A stretch of DNA of 62,979 nt, counting the filler, from Choristocarpus tenellus KU-1152 (Eukaryota; Protista; Phaeophyceae): assembly GCA_964200185.2 (NCBI GenBank). It is 8 parts of 8 records of this genome, joined end to end, with 100 filler letters (N's around TTAATTAATTAA, not from the genome) between each part and the next. Parts side by side here need not be neighbours in the genome. Positions count along the whole stretch, not along the records: positions 48,387 to 58,027 come from CAXNAD020003511.1; positions 58,128 to 62,979 come from CAXNAD020012792.1; 6 more parts are not named here. One strand, given 5' to 3'. The translations under genes and the position numbers were made by a program. Under the pieces are notes generated by a model that worked only from the letters and a program-made list of their open reading frames with translations, was not told the origin of the DNA and made no database searches. This document shows positions 48,746 to 60,845 of the stretch, one piece after another (position 1 is the stretch's first letter; each line of letters starts with the position of its first letter).

Positions 48746-51700
48746 GTGCTGGTGTGGAGGGATGGATGAAACAGGGCCTGGATCTTATGGCTTAGCCACA
48801 AACTGTGATATGCCTTGCTCAGGGGATGCGAATGTTATCTGTGGGGGGATCAAGTAAGCATTGAGAGTGAAAAATATCTTAGAGTGTACGATTTTTTTCC
48901 CTGTTTGTCCATTTGGGGCTTGGCTTCTGATAGGTTCTAAATGACATTTTACCTACTCCAAAATGTTTTAGAATAGGTAAAATGTTTATGTTATGAAAAG
49001 TGTGTGTCCGGAACAAGGATATTGACATCTCCTAACAAACATGATACACAGAATTACATCAAAATTTCAACATTGGAGTTTGGCCCCCTAATGGACACGA
49101 CTCTACCCTCTAAAATGATTTGACTTTTGAATTAATGGAATGTGTTTAAGATAGTCTCCATGCTCTACCTGGACACAAGATAGGAAGATTTGTCGCTTCC
49201 TATACACAGTCGAGCATGCATTGAGCACTATGATTCTCTTCTGAATTGTTGCAGGCGTTTTTTGCACAATGCCAATCATCCATGCTGGGATCACCTCGGG
49301 CTTCCTACTCCTCTGCTACACCCTATCGGCTGTCCCAAGCATTGTACATGTTGGCATCATAGAGTATCTTTGCTGTCAATTGCTGGGTATGCAGTTATTG
49401 GCATTATTTCTAAACTTTGTTGGTTTTACACGGTACTTCAACTCCCAAAAGATGACGTATTGTTCGTAGATCCTTTTGACCTTTGACCTTCGTATCTAGG
49501 CAGAAACGGTAGTAAAACATGTATATTTTTTTCTATGCTTTCAACCACACAGGTCAAGCAGCGTGTACATTGTCCCGTTCGACTTCACCTACCTTGGATG
49601 CTATAAGGACAAAAGAGGAAACAGAGACTTGGCACTATTACCCAAGGTCAGATATAGCTTTCCTGTGTGTGAATGTGTAAGCAAACAGGACTGACTTGTT
49701 TCCCCATTGATCTAAGACAGTAGATTGCTGGGAGATGTTTTATGAAAGGTTGGCTCATTAACCCAACAAATTTAATATGTGGACATAGCACATTGTACCT
49801 CTTCATGTTCTGCTCGTTCAAAGCCTTTGACTTCACCAATGAGGTTTTTGTAGGTTGGTTGAACTGTTGAACTGAGTCAATGTATCTCAGAGGGTAGATC
49901 CGCGTCCATTTGGGGGCCAAAATCCAATGTTTGTGATTTTGATGTAATTTTAGCTCTCGTGTTTGTTAGGAAGTGTCAATATCTATGTTTTGGACACACC
50001 TTTTCATACCGTATACATTTTACCTACTCCTAAAAATTTTGAAGTAGGCAGATGTCATAAAAAAACCCATGGGAAGCCAAGCCCCAAATGGACAAACAGG
50101 GCAAAACTCGTACCGCTAAGATGCTTTCACTCAGTTGAAGTTGCAACACCAGGATCTCCCTGGCAGCTGATGGACTTCCTCCTTCGGACAATAATAGAAA
50201 TGATAAAACATTGGCTGTGTACTTGTAGCGTAGCCATGGTATATTTTTAGAGATATTTGCAAACTGTTACAATTTTGAAGTGCCAATTGGAAAACACATT
50301 CAGTAAGAACCGCAAGCATCAGAGTGGGTTGGAAGACCCATCAGTCCTGTCGACAAGGTAATATTATACAAGTAGGTCGCATAATACTCAACTGTATGGC
50401 TAGATGAAAACTAAATATGATTGGGTACAATATTCCATAACAGCAACCGCGGTATGTCCTACATATCCAATCCAAGATATGATTTGGGGTCCTCATATGG
50501 TGCTACTATTGAGTACAAGGTGCTGCTGATTTTGGAGTAGAAATCTTCGACAACTACAATTGTGCAGTATCAGAAACATAAACAATATACCGCTGAACTT
50601 ATTCTTCACTGTGAGGCTTCTTCTGTTTCTAAGGAACATGTACCTCAACTGAGATTGAGTTGCTGCATCATCGCATCTGCTGAAGCACCTAGAATAAATA
50701 ACATATTGCAATAAGATTGTGTATCTCTTGAAAGTACTACCTAACGTGGTTGTGTCCTTGTTATGATCAAATGCCCTTTCCCAGAACCTGTTGTAGTGAG
50801 GTTGGTGAGATGAAAAAGCACTAAGTTCAAGAATGTCGTCACTCTGTTACGAGAGCTTTGCTAGACTCCTTTAATATTCATCATCCTAACAAAGCAAAAA
50901 TCCGAGTTGCTGTATGTTTGTGGTTATATATATGTGTGTTCAAGGCACCCATCATCTCATTATTCCCCTCCCTACTATAATATGTCAAAGTAGGTAACAT
51001 CAGACTATTTGACACCAGGAGTATGTGCAGTACATTGTTCTTCTGTGGAAGGGGCAACCTTCTTTGGACTTCAAAAGGGTAAGAAGTGCTTCTGTGGGGA
51101 TGCTTATGGTCGTCATGGACTTGCAACCAATTGCGATCAAACTTGCACTGGTGATGCTTCCACATGGTGTGGTGGGAATCTGGCCAACAATGTCTATTCC
51201 CTTGGGGTACCTTTTCAAGTCGTTGAAGACGAAGGTGCAATATACAGGGGATGCTTCTCTAGCATTGCAAGATCTGGAGAAGGCATAGTGCTGACAGGAG
51301 ATATCCTGAGTGACAGGTGCACTGTCTTGGAATTACTGTGAAAGTGATGATCAAGTGATGTAATAACTCCTATGTATGGTCTTTTGGGATTTGATTGGGG
51401 GCGCAATACTCCCTGTCACATTCAATTATAAAACCAAGGCCTTCTTAGATCTAGAAAGATATGCTTTTTAGCCCCAAGTGTTCACAATTAAAACATCACA
51501 TGCATGTACACCTACGGCTGGTATGAGAAAATTCGACAAGAATCTGAAATGTGATCACATCTATACGTTGAAGCAGTTTCAACTCTAATCTCAAAGTCCG
51601 TGAATGAGACAGTAGACTGAGCATTCCTTCCGAAGTGACCATCCCCCTAACTTAATCTTGATGTGTTAGATTTACGTCATCTGCTCACAAACTATCTAGT

Positions 51701-52024
51701 CATGGAATTTCCTGCAACTCTACAGAATTGCTAGCAACAGGCTGTAATAACACACTGTCCGTTGCCCTCATGCTTAAACTGTGTGTTTTTTCCACCAGCT
51801 TGGGGCTCAGTGTTGAGTCTTGCACATCATTCTGTTTTCTTCGTGGCTATCTCTTCTTTGGTATGAAGGACTCCAAATGCTTCTGTGGGGATGATAATTC
51901 TCTGCTGGATCACTCACAGCTGATTGACAACAGCAGATGCAATGTTCCCTGCTCGGGGGATTCCACGCAGCACTGTGGAGGATCTATTGCAATTAGTATT
52001 TGGGAAATCATAGGGGGCGTATGA
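48746..52024 (+). CDS. Multi-WSC-domain protein, 3' exons (three WSC modules)
   Basis: Exons 48746-48853, 49553-49646, 50994-51316, 51799-52024 in consistent phase: CWCG...NCDMPCSGDANVICGG; YLGCYKD...CAVHC...FFGLQKGKKCFCG...CDQTCTGDASTWCGG; YRGCF...SVESCTSFC...KCFCG...CNVPCSGDSTQHCGG. Confidence 0.88.
48865..49126 (+). mobile_element. MITE family B in a WSC-gene intron
   Basis: Homologous to 33198-33455; starts 11 nt after the splice donor. Confidence 0.8.
49874..50132 (-). mobile_element. MITE family B in a WSC-gene intron
   Basis: GAGTCAATGTATCTCAGAGGGTAG ... TACCGCTAAGATGCTTTCACTC. Confidence 0.8.
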
Positions 52025-52899
52025 TTGACTTCACAACAGCATTCTTGTTTCAGGTGGCACGGGTTTTTTTCATGCCCACTAATAGCAATGACTGCAAATT
52101 GCTGAAAAAAAAATCGACTGTTGTTTATTGTTGGGAGCATGACACCAATCTCACGACCCAACCACACATCATTGTAAATTATACTTTGAAGTAAGTTGGA
52201 GTAAAATCGTAAATTTAAGGATCTCAGTACAGGTATGGTCAACGAAAAAATATTTCCGTTTTGGATACCATGTCCTCTAGAGCTCTATCCTGAATGTATT
52301 TGAATAGTAGATGAGAAAGTCTTGGTTTGGCATTTCCATTTGGCACCTTTTCATTCTTGTCTCCAATCCTGACCTAATCCTGACTTCTTATCCCTCTGGT
52401 GAAACAAAGGGGGTTAGCAGGAATAACTGCGAGGCTAGGGGATTTGGGAAGCTTAATGGTATACTGTAGCAGAACACTGACCTACCTAGAGGTATGATGG
52501 ATGATACCACGGAGTGATAGCAGTATGTATGTCTCTAGAGAAAAGAAGATACCTAAATGAGGAAGCTGATGGCGCTGATGATACTACAGGGGTGGACAAT
52601 GCGGAGGGTCCTGGTCTGAGATGGAGAAGGTCCTTGTTTGTGTGACTGCAAACTATGTACCCTTTGCCACTGTGAAGACTAGCTTTTCTCCGAGGTGGTG
52701 GTGACAAGGGAAAAAAATTCAACAAGAATGGCAAAATTGCTACAGTAGAGAGGTGCTAACCAATGGTATCTTGCCATTGTATGGTAAAGATAATGAATCA
52801 GCCTCACAACAAAAAGAAGGATAGTAGAGAGCTCTTACATTAGATACTATTGGATGACCTATGAATGCCTAGACGTAGCTTCCCAGGACTAATTGATAC

Positions 52900-54300
52900 T
52901 TGTAGCTGTCAGGTTGCAGCCACTTGTGGGAAATTGACGAGAGCTCATTAGGGGAATATCAAGCAGACACAACAGTGTGCTCTGTTGTAATATGTAGGCT
53001 TCAATATATATTAGCATGTAATGCGTGCAAAGATTGGTATAACTTGAAGCAGTTTCCATCTCTTTTCTTTTGTGTGAAGAGGGTGACATTGATGCCCCAC
53101 CTCATTTTGGCCTCTGGAACTGGAGAGAAGTTTCGTGGAACTGTTTTCAGTATATTTTCTTTCGTCACTGGTTGCATATTTGGTTGAGTTTGTATTGGCT
53201 AAAATAGTACTCTGCAAATTCCTCATTGAGTATTGCATTTCAGATGGGACATTGGATTCGAACGTACTAAACTGATACACCTGATCCAGGCCAGTTTGTT
53301 GCACAAGTTCTTTGATACTACTCAGACAGCAATTGCAGAGAGAGCCTTGAATGTGACAATGGTAGGATAGAGTACAATATGGAGGAAACATCCTTCCTCC
53401 ACTATTGAGGATCCTGGGATACATTGACAATACACCACGCAGATTTCTTTACTAATAAATTTGTTTCTGTCAAGTAGTCCCACAAAGTAACATTTCCCCA
53501 AACCTAGGGCCGAAAGAGAATTGTCTTGGTACAGGAGTGAGTTCTGGTCTGCAGGCCGAAGTGAGACTATTAGTACCTTCTTACTCTTTCCTTGATTTAG
53601 TATCTGAAGATTTGTCCATATTACTTTCCATATTCCAAACTGAGCGGGAAATAGTAATGTTGCCCCTGCCAATGTGCACAAAGGGCCTTCTCTTGACCTC
53701 AAAAATAGGATTCTGTTGGGTACTGCTTGGTGACTTCACAGTTCACGTCCATCTTCAAGAACTCTCTCTCCATCACCAATACGTATGATTAATACAAAAT
53801 AGTCTGAAAAGGAGCAGGGCATTCACAAGGACATATCTCTTACACAAATAGGAGCAATTGACAGATTGAATGCTGTTGCTGCCTCCAAAAAATAAAATAT
53901 TTTCTATCCAATGAGGATTGGCATTGCGGTCTTGAATCAGATTGAGGTAGTGAGTTCTACAGTAACTAATGACGAGAACTCACTGTGGAATCCGTGTTTC
54001 GAAGAGATTGGCTGGGATCATGGGTTACAGTGTTGAATGTTTGATTTATGCAAGTTGAAATTGATGTCAAACAATATGATTGGCAATATGATCAGGCAAT
54101 GATGGGTACTGTTGAAGCTGCTCATATGTGTACTGGTGAAACAATGCCATTGGCGAACTCGATGATGTTCTGTAGTCATGGAGGGTATGTGGAGTATTGC
54201 TTGTGTTGTATTAGGCTTGTGTTGCTTTTCAGTCCATGGAATCGGGAGTAGTGGGAGTCGTTTACACTTGGGTGGAGAAATGATCGATATGAATGGGACC
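52900..54300 (-). mobile_element. Highly decayed Ty3/Gypsy-like pol relic (RT-RNase H)
   Basis: Minus-strand fragments in canonical order with stops and frameshifts: IQHCNP*SQP (SxSPWxSP), LVISYC (xxDYR), NANPHWIENILFFGG (YPLPxIxxLL..G), YVLVNA/APFQ (FGLxNAPATFQ), LKTVPRNFSPVPE..WGI (RNase H RNYS). Confidence 0.45.
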
Positions 54301-54725
54301 ACACGCGCTCTATAAGTTGAAGGTCTGTTGATGAGTCTATCAATCCCACTCTCTTGTGGGGTGAGGAACGTTTATACTTTTCATGGTGAAAATGACTGTT
54401 CACATTAAATGTTGCTACTCTCCAGAATCAATCAATTGACTTTAAAATTTTGGACCAGAATTCATTATGCAGTCATTTCCCAACATTAGACTTGTGAGGT
54501 CGTTTCAGTTCCATTTAGTGCCATGGCCTTATCATTTCTCATCTTGCAAGCACTACCTGGGGAATTATACCACCAATTGAAGTGAATATGAATAGATTTT
54601 TCCATTGCCCGTATGATATCATCTCCATAAAATGATCAGGGAAAACTCATCACAGTCGAAGAAATATGGTATGTACAGTCATTACCGAATATGACCTCGT
54701 GGGTCAACTTGAACACTCCATCAAA

Positions 54726-57089
54726 CTACTCACGCTCTATTGTGTCATTATTGACTTTTGCAGTTGTTGTTTGCTGTCCTCCTAAGTAAGTCTTGTTAAC
54801 TGAGCTATTACTGATATCACCTGAGGCAGCAACCTTGGTTTGCATACCATCCAATACTGACAGAGCTTCGTCCAACTGCCCATCACCACCCTGAGCCATC
54901 ATGACCAAATTGTAGGTGACGACATTAGGTGCAATCCCCTTGGCCTGCATATCCTTGAGCAATAGCAGCGCACGTTCCCATTCCTCTCCCTCCCCGCAAG
55001 CCTTGATGACAGAGTTGTAGGTGACAACATTAGGGGCAACCCCCTTGGCCAACATATCATCCAGTAAGGACAAAGCATGTCGCCACTGCCCCCCTTCTGC
55101 ACAAGCCTTGATGGCTGCACTGTAGTTATACACATTGGGGGAAATCCCCTTGGCCTGCATATCCTTCAGTAGTGCTAGAGCTTGTTCCCACTGCCCTCCA
55201 TCCATATAGGCCTTGATGACAGAGTTGTAGGTGATGACATCCGGTGCAACCCCCTCCTCTTCCTGCATATCATCCAGCAAAGATAGAGCACGTTTCCACT
55301 GCCCCCCATCCCCGCAAGCCTTGATGACTGAGTTGTGGGTTATAACATCTCGAGCAACACCTCTAGCTTTCATCTGTTCCAGCAGGAACAGTGCTTGCTT
55401 CCATTCACCCCCATCTCCGCACGCATTAATGGCAGAGTTGTAGTTGTATGTATTGGGAGCAATCCCCCGGGCCTGCATGTCATTTAGCAGAGATAACGCT
55501 TGTTCCCACCGCCACTTATTCTCGCAAGCTCTAAACACTGAGTTATAAGTGATACCGTCAGGCAAAATTCCATTGGACTGCATATTATTGAGCAGTGAGA
55601 GGGCTCGTTCCCATTGCCCCCCGTCCCCACAAGCTTGGATTGCGGTGTTGAAGTTGTACAGATTGGGGGCAACCCCTTTATTCTGCATATCATCCAGCAG
55701 CACTAGAGCCTGCTCCCACAGTCCAGCATCACCACAAGCCTTCATGGCTGAGTTGTAGGTCATCACATTGGGGGTAATGCCACTTGTTTCCATATCAACT
55801 AGCACTGAGAGAGCACGCTCCCATTGCCCCGCATCCCCACATGCCACGATGACAGCATTATAGGTGTACAAGTTGGGCTCAACCCCCTTGGTAAGCATGT
55901 CACTCAGTAGCAACAATGCTCGCTTCCATTGACCCCCGTCACCACAGGCCTTAATAACTGTGCTGTAATTAAACACATTGGGTGCTACCCCTCTGACCTG
56001 CATATCATTTAGTAGGGACACTGCGCGTTCCCACTGTCCCTCATCACCACAAGCCTTGCAGACCGTGTTGTAGGTGATAACATCAGGCACCACCCCATCA
56101 ACATCCATATCATTGAGCAACGACAGGGCATGCTCCCACTGGCGTCCGTCTCCACAGGCTTGGATGGCAGCATTGTAGTTGTATAAGGTTAATGGTAGCC
56201 CCTGGCGCCGCATGTGGTTTAGCAGCGACACAGCTTTTTCCCACTCCCCCCCGTTTCCACAAGCCTTGATGACTGAGTTGTAGGTGTACACATCGGGAGT
56301 AATCCCCTTGGCTCCCATTTCACTCATCAATGATAGAGCTTGTTTCCAATGCCCCCCAGTTGCACAGGCCTTGATGGCTGAGTTGTAGCTATACCCATCC
56401 GGGTTCATCCCCTTGGTCCACATTTCATCCAACAGCAACCGAGCTCTTTCCCACTGTCCCCCGTCCCCACAAGCTTTGATGCCCGAGTTGTAGGTCACGA
56501 CATTTGGGGCTATCCCACTCTCGGCTTGCATTCTGTTCATTACCGACAAAGCCTTTTCCCACTGCCCTCCATCCCCACAAGCCTTGATGACCGAGTTGAA
56601 GGTGTAAACATCCGGGGAAATGTCCTTTTCTTGCATTTCACTCAGTAGAGACAGCGCCTTTTGCCACTGCCCCCCATCCCCACAAGACTTGATGACCGAG
56701 TTGAAGGTGACGACATTAGCAGCAACCCCCTCTGCCTGCATTTCATCCAGCAGAGACAGTGCCTTCTTCCATTTCTTCCCCAACGCAGAAATGCAGCTGC
56801 TGTACATAACGACATTCATACGGATACCTTTGGCCTTAGTCAATTCAAGAGCCTGAAGAGCCCCTCTCCAGTCCCTAGTCCTCTTCTTGCTTTGCATGTT
56901 CTTCACAAACTCTTTCTGCACGTTGCCTTTCATAGGTTCATATCTACTCAAGCCTTCAGCATCCATGCTCAAGTTGGAGAGGCAAGAACGTCGCAACAAC
57001 CGCGGCAGTTGCATATGAGCGTTCACGTCCCATGATAGACACGGCGTTCGGATCAACAAGTCCGTGAGCTGAGTCTTCAACAACATCAT
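54726..57089 (-). CDS. Pentatricopeptide repeat (P-type PPR) protein, single exon, 787 aa, 19 repeats
   Basis: Uninterrupted ORF with 35-aa repeats of consensus VVTYNSVIKACGDGGQWERALSLLDDMQAKGVAP(D/N). Confidence 0.95.
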   Translation of the reverse strand: MMLLKTQLTDLLIRTPCLSWDVNAHMQLPRLLRRSCLSNLSMDAEGLSRYEPMKGNVQKEFVKNMQSKKRTRDWRGALQALELTKAKGIRMNVVMYSSCISALGKKWKKALSLLDEMQAEGVAANVVTFNSVIKSCGDGGQWQKALSLLSEMQEKDISPDVYTFNSVIKACGDGGQWEKALSVMNRMQAESGIAPNVVTYNSGIKACGDGGQWERARLLLDEMWTKGMNPDGYSYNSAIKACATGGHWKQALSLMSEMGAKGITPDVYTYNSVIKACGNGGEWEKAVSLLNHMRRQGLPLTLYNYNAAIQACGDGRQWEHALSLLNDMDVDGVVPDVITYNTVCKACGDEGQWERAVSLLNDMQVRGVAPNVFNYSTVIKACGDGGQWKRALLLLSDMLTKGVEPNLYTYNAVIVACGDAGQWERALSVLVDMETSGITPNVMTYNSAMKACGDAGLWEQALVLLDDMQNKGVAPNLYNFNTAIQACGDGGQWERALSLLNNMQSNGILPDGITYNSVFRACENKWRWEQALSLLNDMQARGIAPNTYNYNSAINACGDGGEWKQALFLLEQMKARGVARDVITHNSVIKACGDGGQWKRALSLLDDMQEEEGVAPDVITYNSVIKAYMDGGQWEQALALLKDMQAKGISPNVYNYSAAIKACAEGGQWRHALSLLDDMLAKGVAPNVVTYNSVIKACGEGEEWERALLLLKDMQAKGIAPNVVTYNLVMMAQGGDGQLDEALSVLDGMQTKVAASGDISNSSVNKTYLGGQQTTTAKVNNDTIERE

Positions 57090-59069
57090 GGGAAAAATGT
57101 GGACAACGTATCAAACATCAACACCCTGAAAACATAATTTAAATCCATCCGTCCGCCCATCCTAACCCATTTTTTCTTCACATAATTTGATGTAAGGTTC
57201 ATTGTTTCCGAAGTTGTGGAAGCGAGCAGGGTCTGTGTCACTCAATGCCATCTGATATTGTTGGATTGCACTCGGGAGGTTGACCATTCTTTGATTTTCT
57301 CACCACGACTAATATGGTATCTTGAAATTATCAGGAGCTCCTTGTTATTGCTCCGTTCCATGACATCCGGGCATATTTCCATTGTTGAACCTGCTACTGG
57401 ACGGTATATTGAGCGCGTGCTCGTGTTTTCCAGGTGAATAAAAGCTTTGAAGTTCTGTGTGGATGGAGGAATTTCGACATCTTGCATCATTTATATTAAT
57501 GCAAAATGAATCATTCATGCTGTTCCTGTTACTGTATAATTGACGCCTACAAGTCAACTATTTGACACTGCTGCTTGTACTAATTTGGTTCTCCCTCAAT
57601 CTCGATTGTTGGTGAAAGATCGTGGGAAGATACACCTTGCCGTCATTTTTTTTTTAATATTGGTCCCAGTCTGATATCACACTCCACCCCTCTTGATTTT
57701 GACCGAAATCAAGACCTGTTGACAAGTGCATCTTTTGCAACACATCTCGACTGCCCAGGGCAAAAAGTCCTAAAACGACGATGTGACCGGAAACACCACA
57801 ACCTCAAAACTCCTTACCACTGAGGGAGGTATGACCTAGAACGTAAATTTGTAAAACAGGGGGGTGAGGCTGATTATGTCACAGAGGAAGTTTATCTGTG
57901 GATGGTGGAGTGGATGAGTTTCATGAGGAGTTCATAATAAGACAAAGGATGGAGAAGGAGCACCATGAAGGGGTTTTGGTCGTGGCTTAAAGTATCTGGG
58001 GGGGGGAGTAGCGGCCGTCCGTTTGGGNNNNNNNNNNNNNNNNNNNNNNNNNNNNNNNNNNNNNNNNNNNNTTAATTAATTAANNNNNNNNNNNNNNNNN
58101 NNNNNNNNNNNNNNNNNNNNNNNNNNNCCCCCCCCCCCTCCCTGTTCTTGTCAATTCAGACATGGCAGGCACCCTGTCACGATGTTGAGAGGATAGGGTT
58201 TTGCATGGATAGTGGATGGCGTTGAAAGGTATTCCTACAAAAACTGCACAGCACAGACAGTGCCATGAAGAGAAACATCACTAAAAAATGCTCATGTATT
58301 GGATCTGTTGGATCTGTTAGCAATACACTGTAAGATCTTTGGGATCACCAACAAGGTTAAACCAACAATTAATAATAATAATAATAATAGGAAAAAATAG
58401 AGGACTACTGCAATACCACACTCAACAGCATAAATTATAAAATTATTAGATTATTACTCTTTATTGTGATTATACTATTCACTGTCACCTGCTATATGTG
58501 ATCGCTTTTCATTTGAATCTCTCACTATACTTTAAAAAATACCATTATACTATCATACTATTATAGTAGCTTCCAAAAAAAATTGCAAAAATAAGAAACA
58601 AATGTTCCTAACAATTTAAAGTCAAAATATCTTGGTGCCATCCCTCATCAAATAAAATATCAAATAAAAAATACAATAAAAAATCTAAACAAAAAGAGAG
58701 AGAACTTGTAAAAGCATGTTTTACATACCAATACACCACTACCATAGTTCCAACCAGCAAAATATATCCCAACAGAAATATCTGCTAGACATTTTTTTTA
58801 ATCAAGCCCTGTGCTGTATCTCAGGGGTAGAGAAAACGCCTGATAAGCATAAAGTCAGTAATTCGAATCTCTTAGGCCTATCTTTTTCTATTTTTCATAA
58901 AACTAGTTTAAACAAAAAAGAAAATAAATTTATCATTTATTATTATTATTATTCCATCTGTGTGAGGTCCACTGAAGGTTGAATGTTCCAAATATCTATT
59001 TCAGGTTAGGATTGATTTTATTGGTCAATGGCATCAACAGGTGGTGTTGCGCATTAACCTCAGCAACAA

Positions 59070-59200
59070 TTACAATAATAATGGAAATAATAATAATGAT
59101 AATAACAATAATAATAATAATGGAAATAATAATAATAATAATAATAATGATAATAACAATAATAATAATATTAACAATAACAATAATGATAATAATAAAA
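59070..59200. repeat. (AAT)n microsatellite
   Basis: Direct observation. Confidence 0.95.
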
Positions 59201-59590
59201 AGAAATATTTTTTCACGCACGAATAAAAAACCGACAGCAAAAAGAGCAAACTTTCACAAATTCTGAGAAAATTCCATTTACTTTTATTCACCTATCACAA
59301 CACTACAATTACGAATGAAAGAAAACAAAAAATAACCATTAAAAAAAAAATAGACACCATTCACACAACCAACTACTGTTCATGAACAGCACGAACACTA
59401 CTTCCACTATATAAGATTCAAACAAACACACACGCAACTCTTTCCACCAGCAAAAAGAGATTCAGCCTAGAAACAAAAAAAGCCTTTCAATTTTTACAAC
59501 ACCCAAACCATACGACGCCAAAAACTTGACAAGAAACATGACAAAACACCACCTTCTCCACCCCAATCAAAACTGTGCCTTCATCCTCAC

Positions 59591-60807
59591 CTGGTCCTCC
59601 GCCATACCCCTGAGACCGGACTTAAGCAAGTCATCAATGTATGTTGCTAGATAGGAAGCACAACGAGAATCAGTGTTGATAAACTCCTCAAACGCCTATA
59701 GTCCGTAGAGAGCCCACCCACCCAACAACCAACCCAAAAAAGCAAACAAAAAAACACACACACAAACACACACACACACACACCAACGTAAAAGGTTAAA
59801 TTATATATAACTGGGAGTAGCACTGTATTGTCCTAACCCTATCTCTGTGATGAAGCACTTCATACCGCCTGTGTGGTGTGTGTGTCAAACTAACCTAAAA
59901 AACAAATTTAATTAATTTCATTCATTCATTCATTCATCTATCTATCCATTCATTCATCTATCCATCCATTCATTCATCTATCCATTCATCTATCCATTCA
60001 TTCATCCATCTATCTATCCATCCATTCATTCATTCATCTATCCATTCATCTATCTATTCATTCATTCATTCATCTATCCATTCATTCATTCATCTATCCA
60101 TCCATCCATTCATTCATTCATCTATCTATCCATCCATTCATTCATTCATCTATCTATCCATCCATACACACCCATACACACCCATACACAAACAAACAAG
60201 GATTCCCTCCTCTGTCCTGAAAAGAACTAACTCAGTGTACATTGCACAAAATACCGTTTTAAAAAAAACAACAAAATACACTCAAATGCAATCTAGAACA
60301 ATTTATTATTATTATTATTATTTCACCAGGCTGTACGCCACGCATCACCTACACAAAACAAAAACAGCACCATCGGAAGGGTTTCAATCCACAAAGAGGG
60401 AGGCGTTTCACTCTACCAAACCAAAGGCACCTCTACCCTCCCTACGGCAAGTTCTCACCTCCTTGAGGCGTTTCTGTGCCTTCTTCTCCCCCCTGAACGC
60501 CTCCTCCACTATCCTGTCATACTTATCCCTCAGCCCAAGTAGCCCCTGCACAAATGCCACTGGATCCTTGGCACTCTCCTGAAACACACACACACACACA
60601 CAGTACAGAAATAAAAAATTGATACAATAACATCTCGAGGGTTGCAGCGACTGGCCCAAAAACTGGCACATATAGGCTCAAAGTATCTGGGATGGGGGGG
60701 GGGGGGGGGGGGTGTCTATTGACGNNNNNNNNNNAAAAAAAAAAAAAAAAAAAACACGCAGCTGGCGGGGGGGCGGCCGCCGCCGCGAAAAAAAGGGGAA
60801 AGCTGAA

Positions 60808-60845
<38 letters not shown>

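Noticed and set aside
58979-59291. Poly-Ile, poly-Asn and poly-Leu ORFs
   Set aside because: Translations of an (AAT)n microsatellite
59840-59900. C/D snoRNA in a CUL3 intron (TGATGA box)
   Set aside because: No matching D box (CTGA) or terminal stem at a suitable distance
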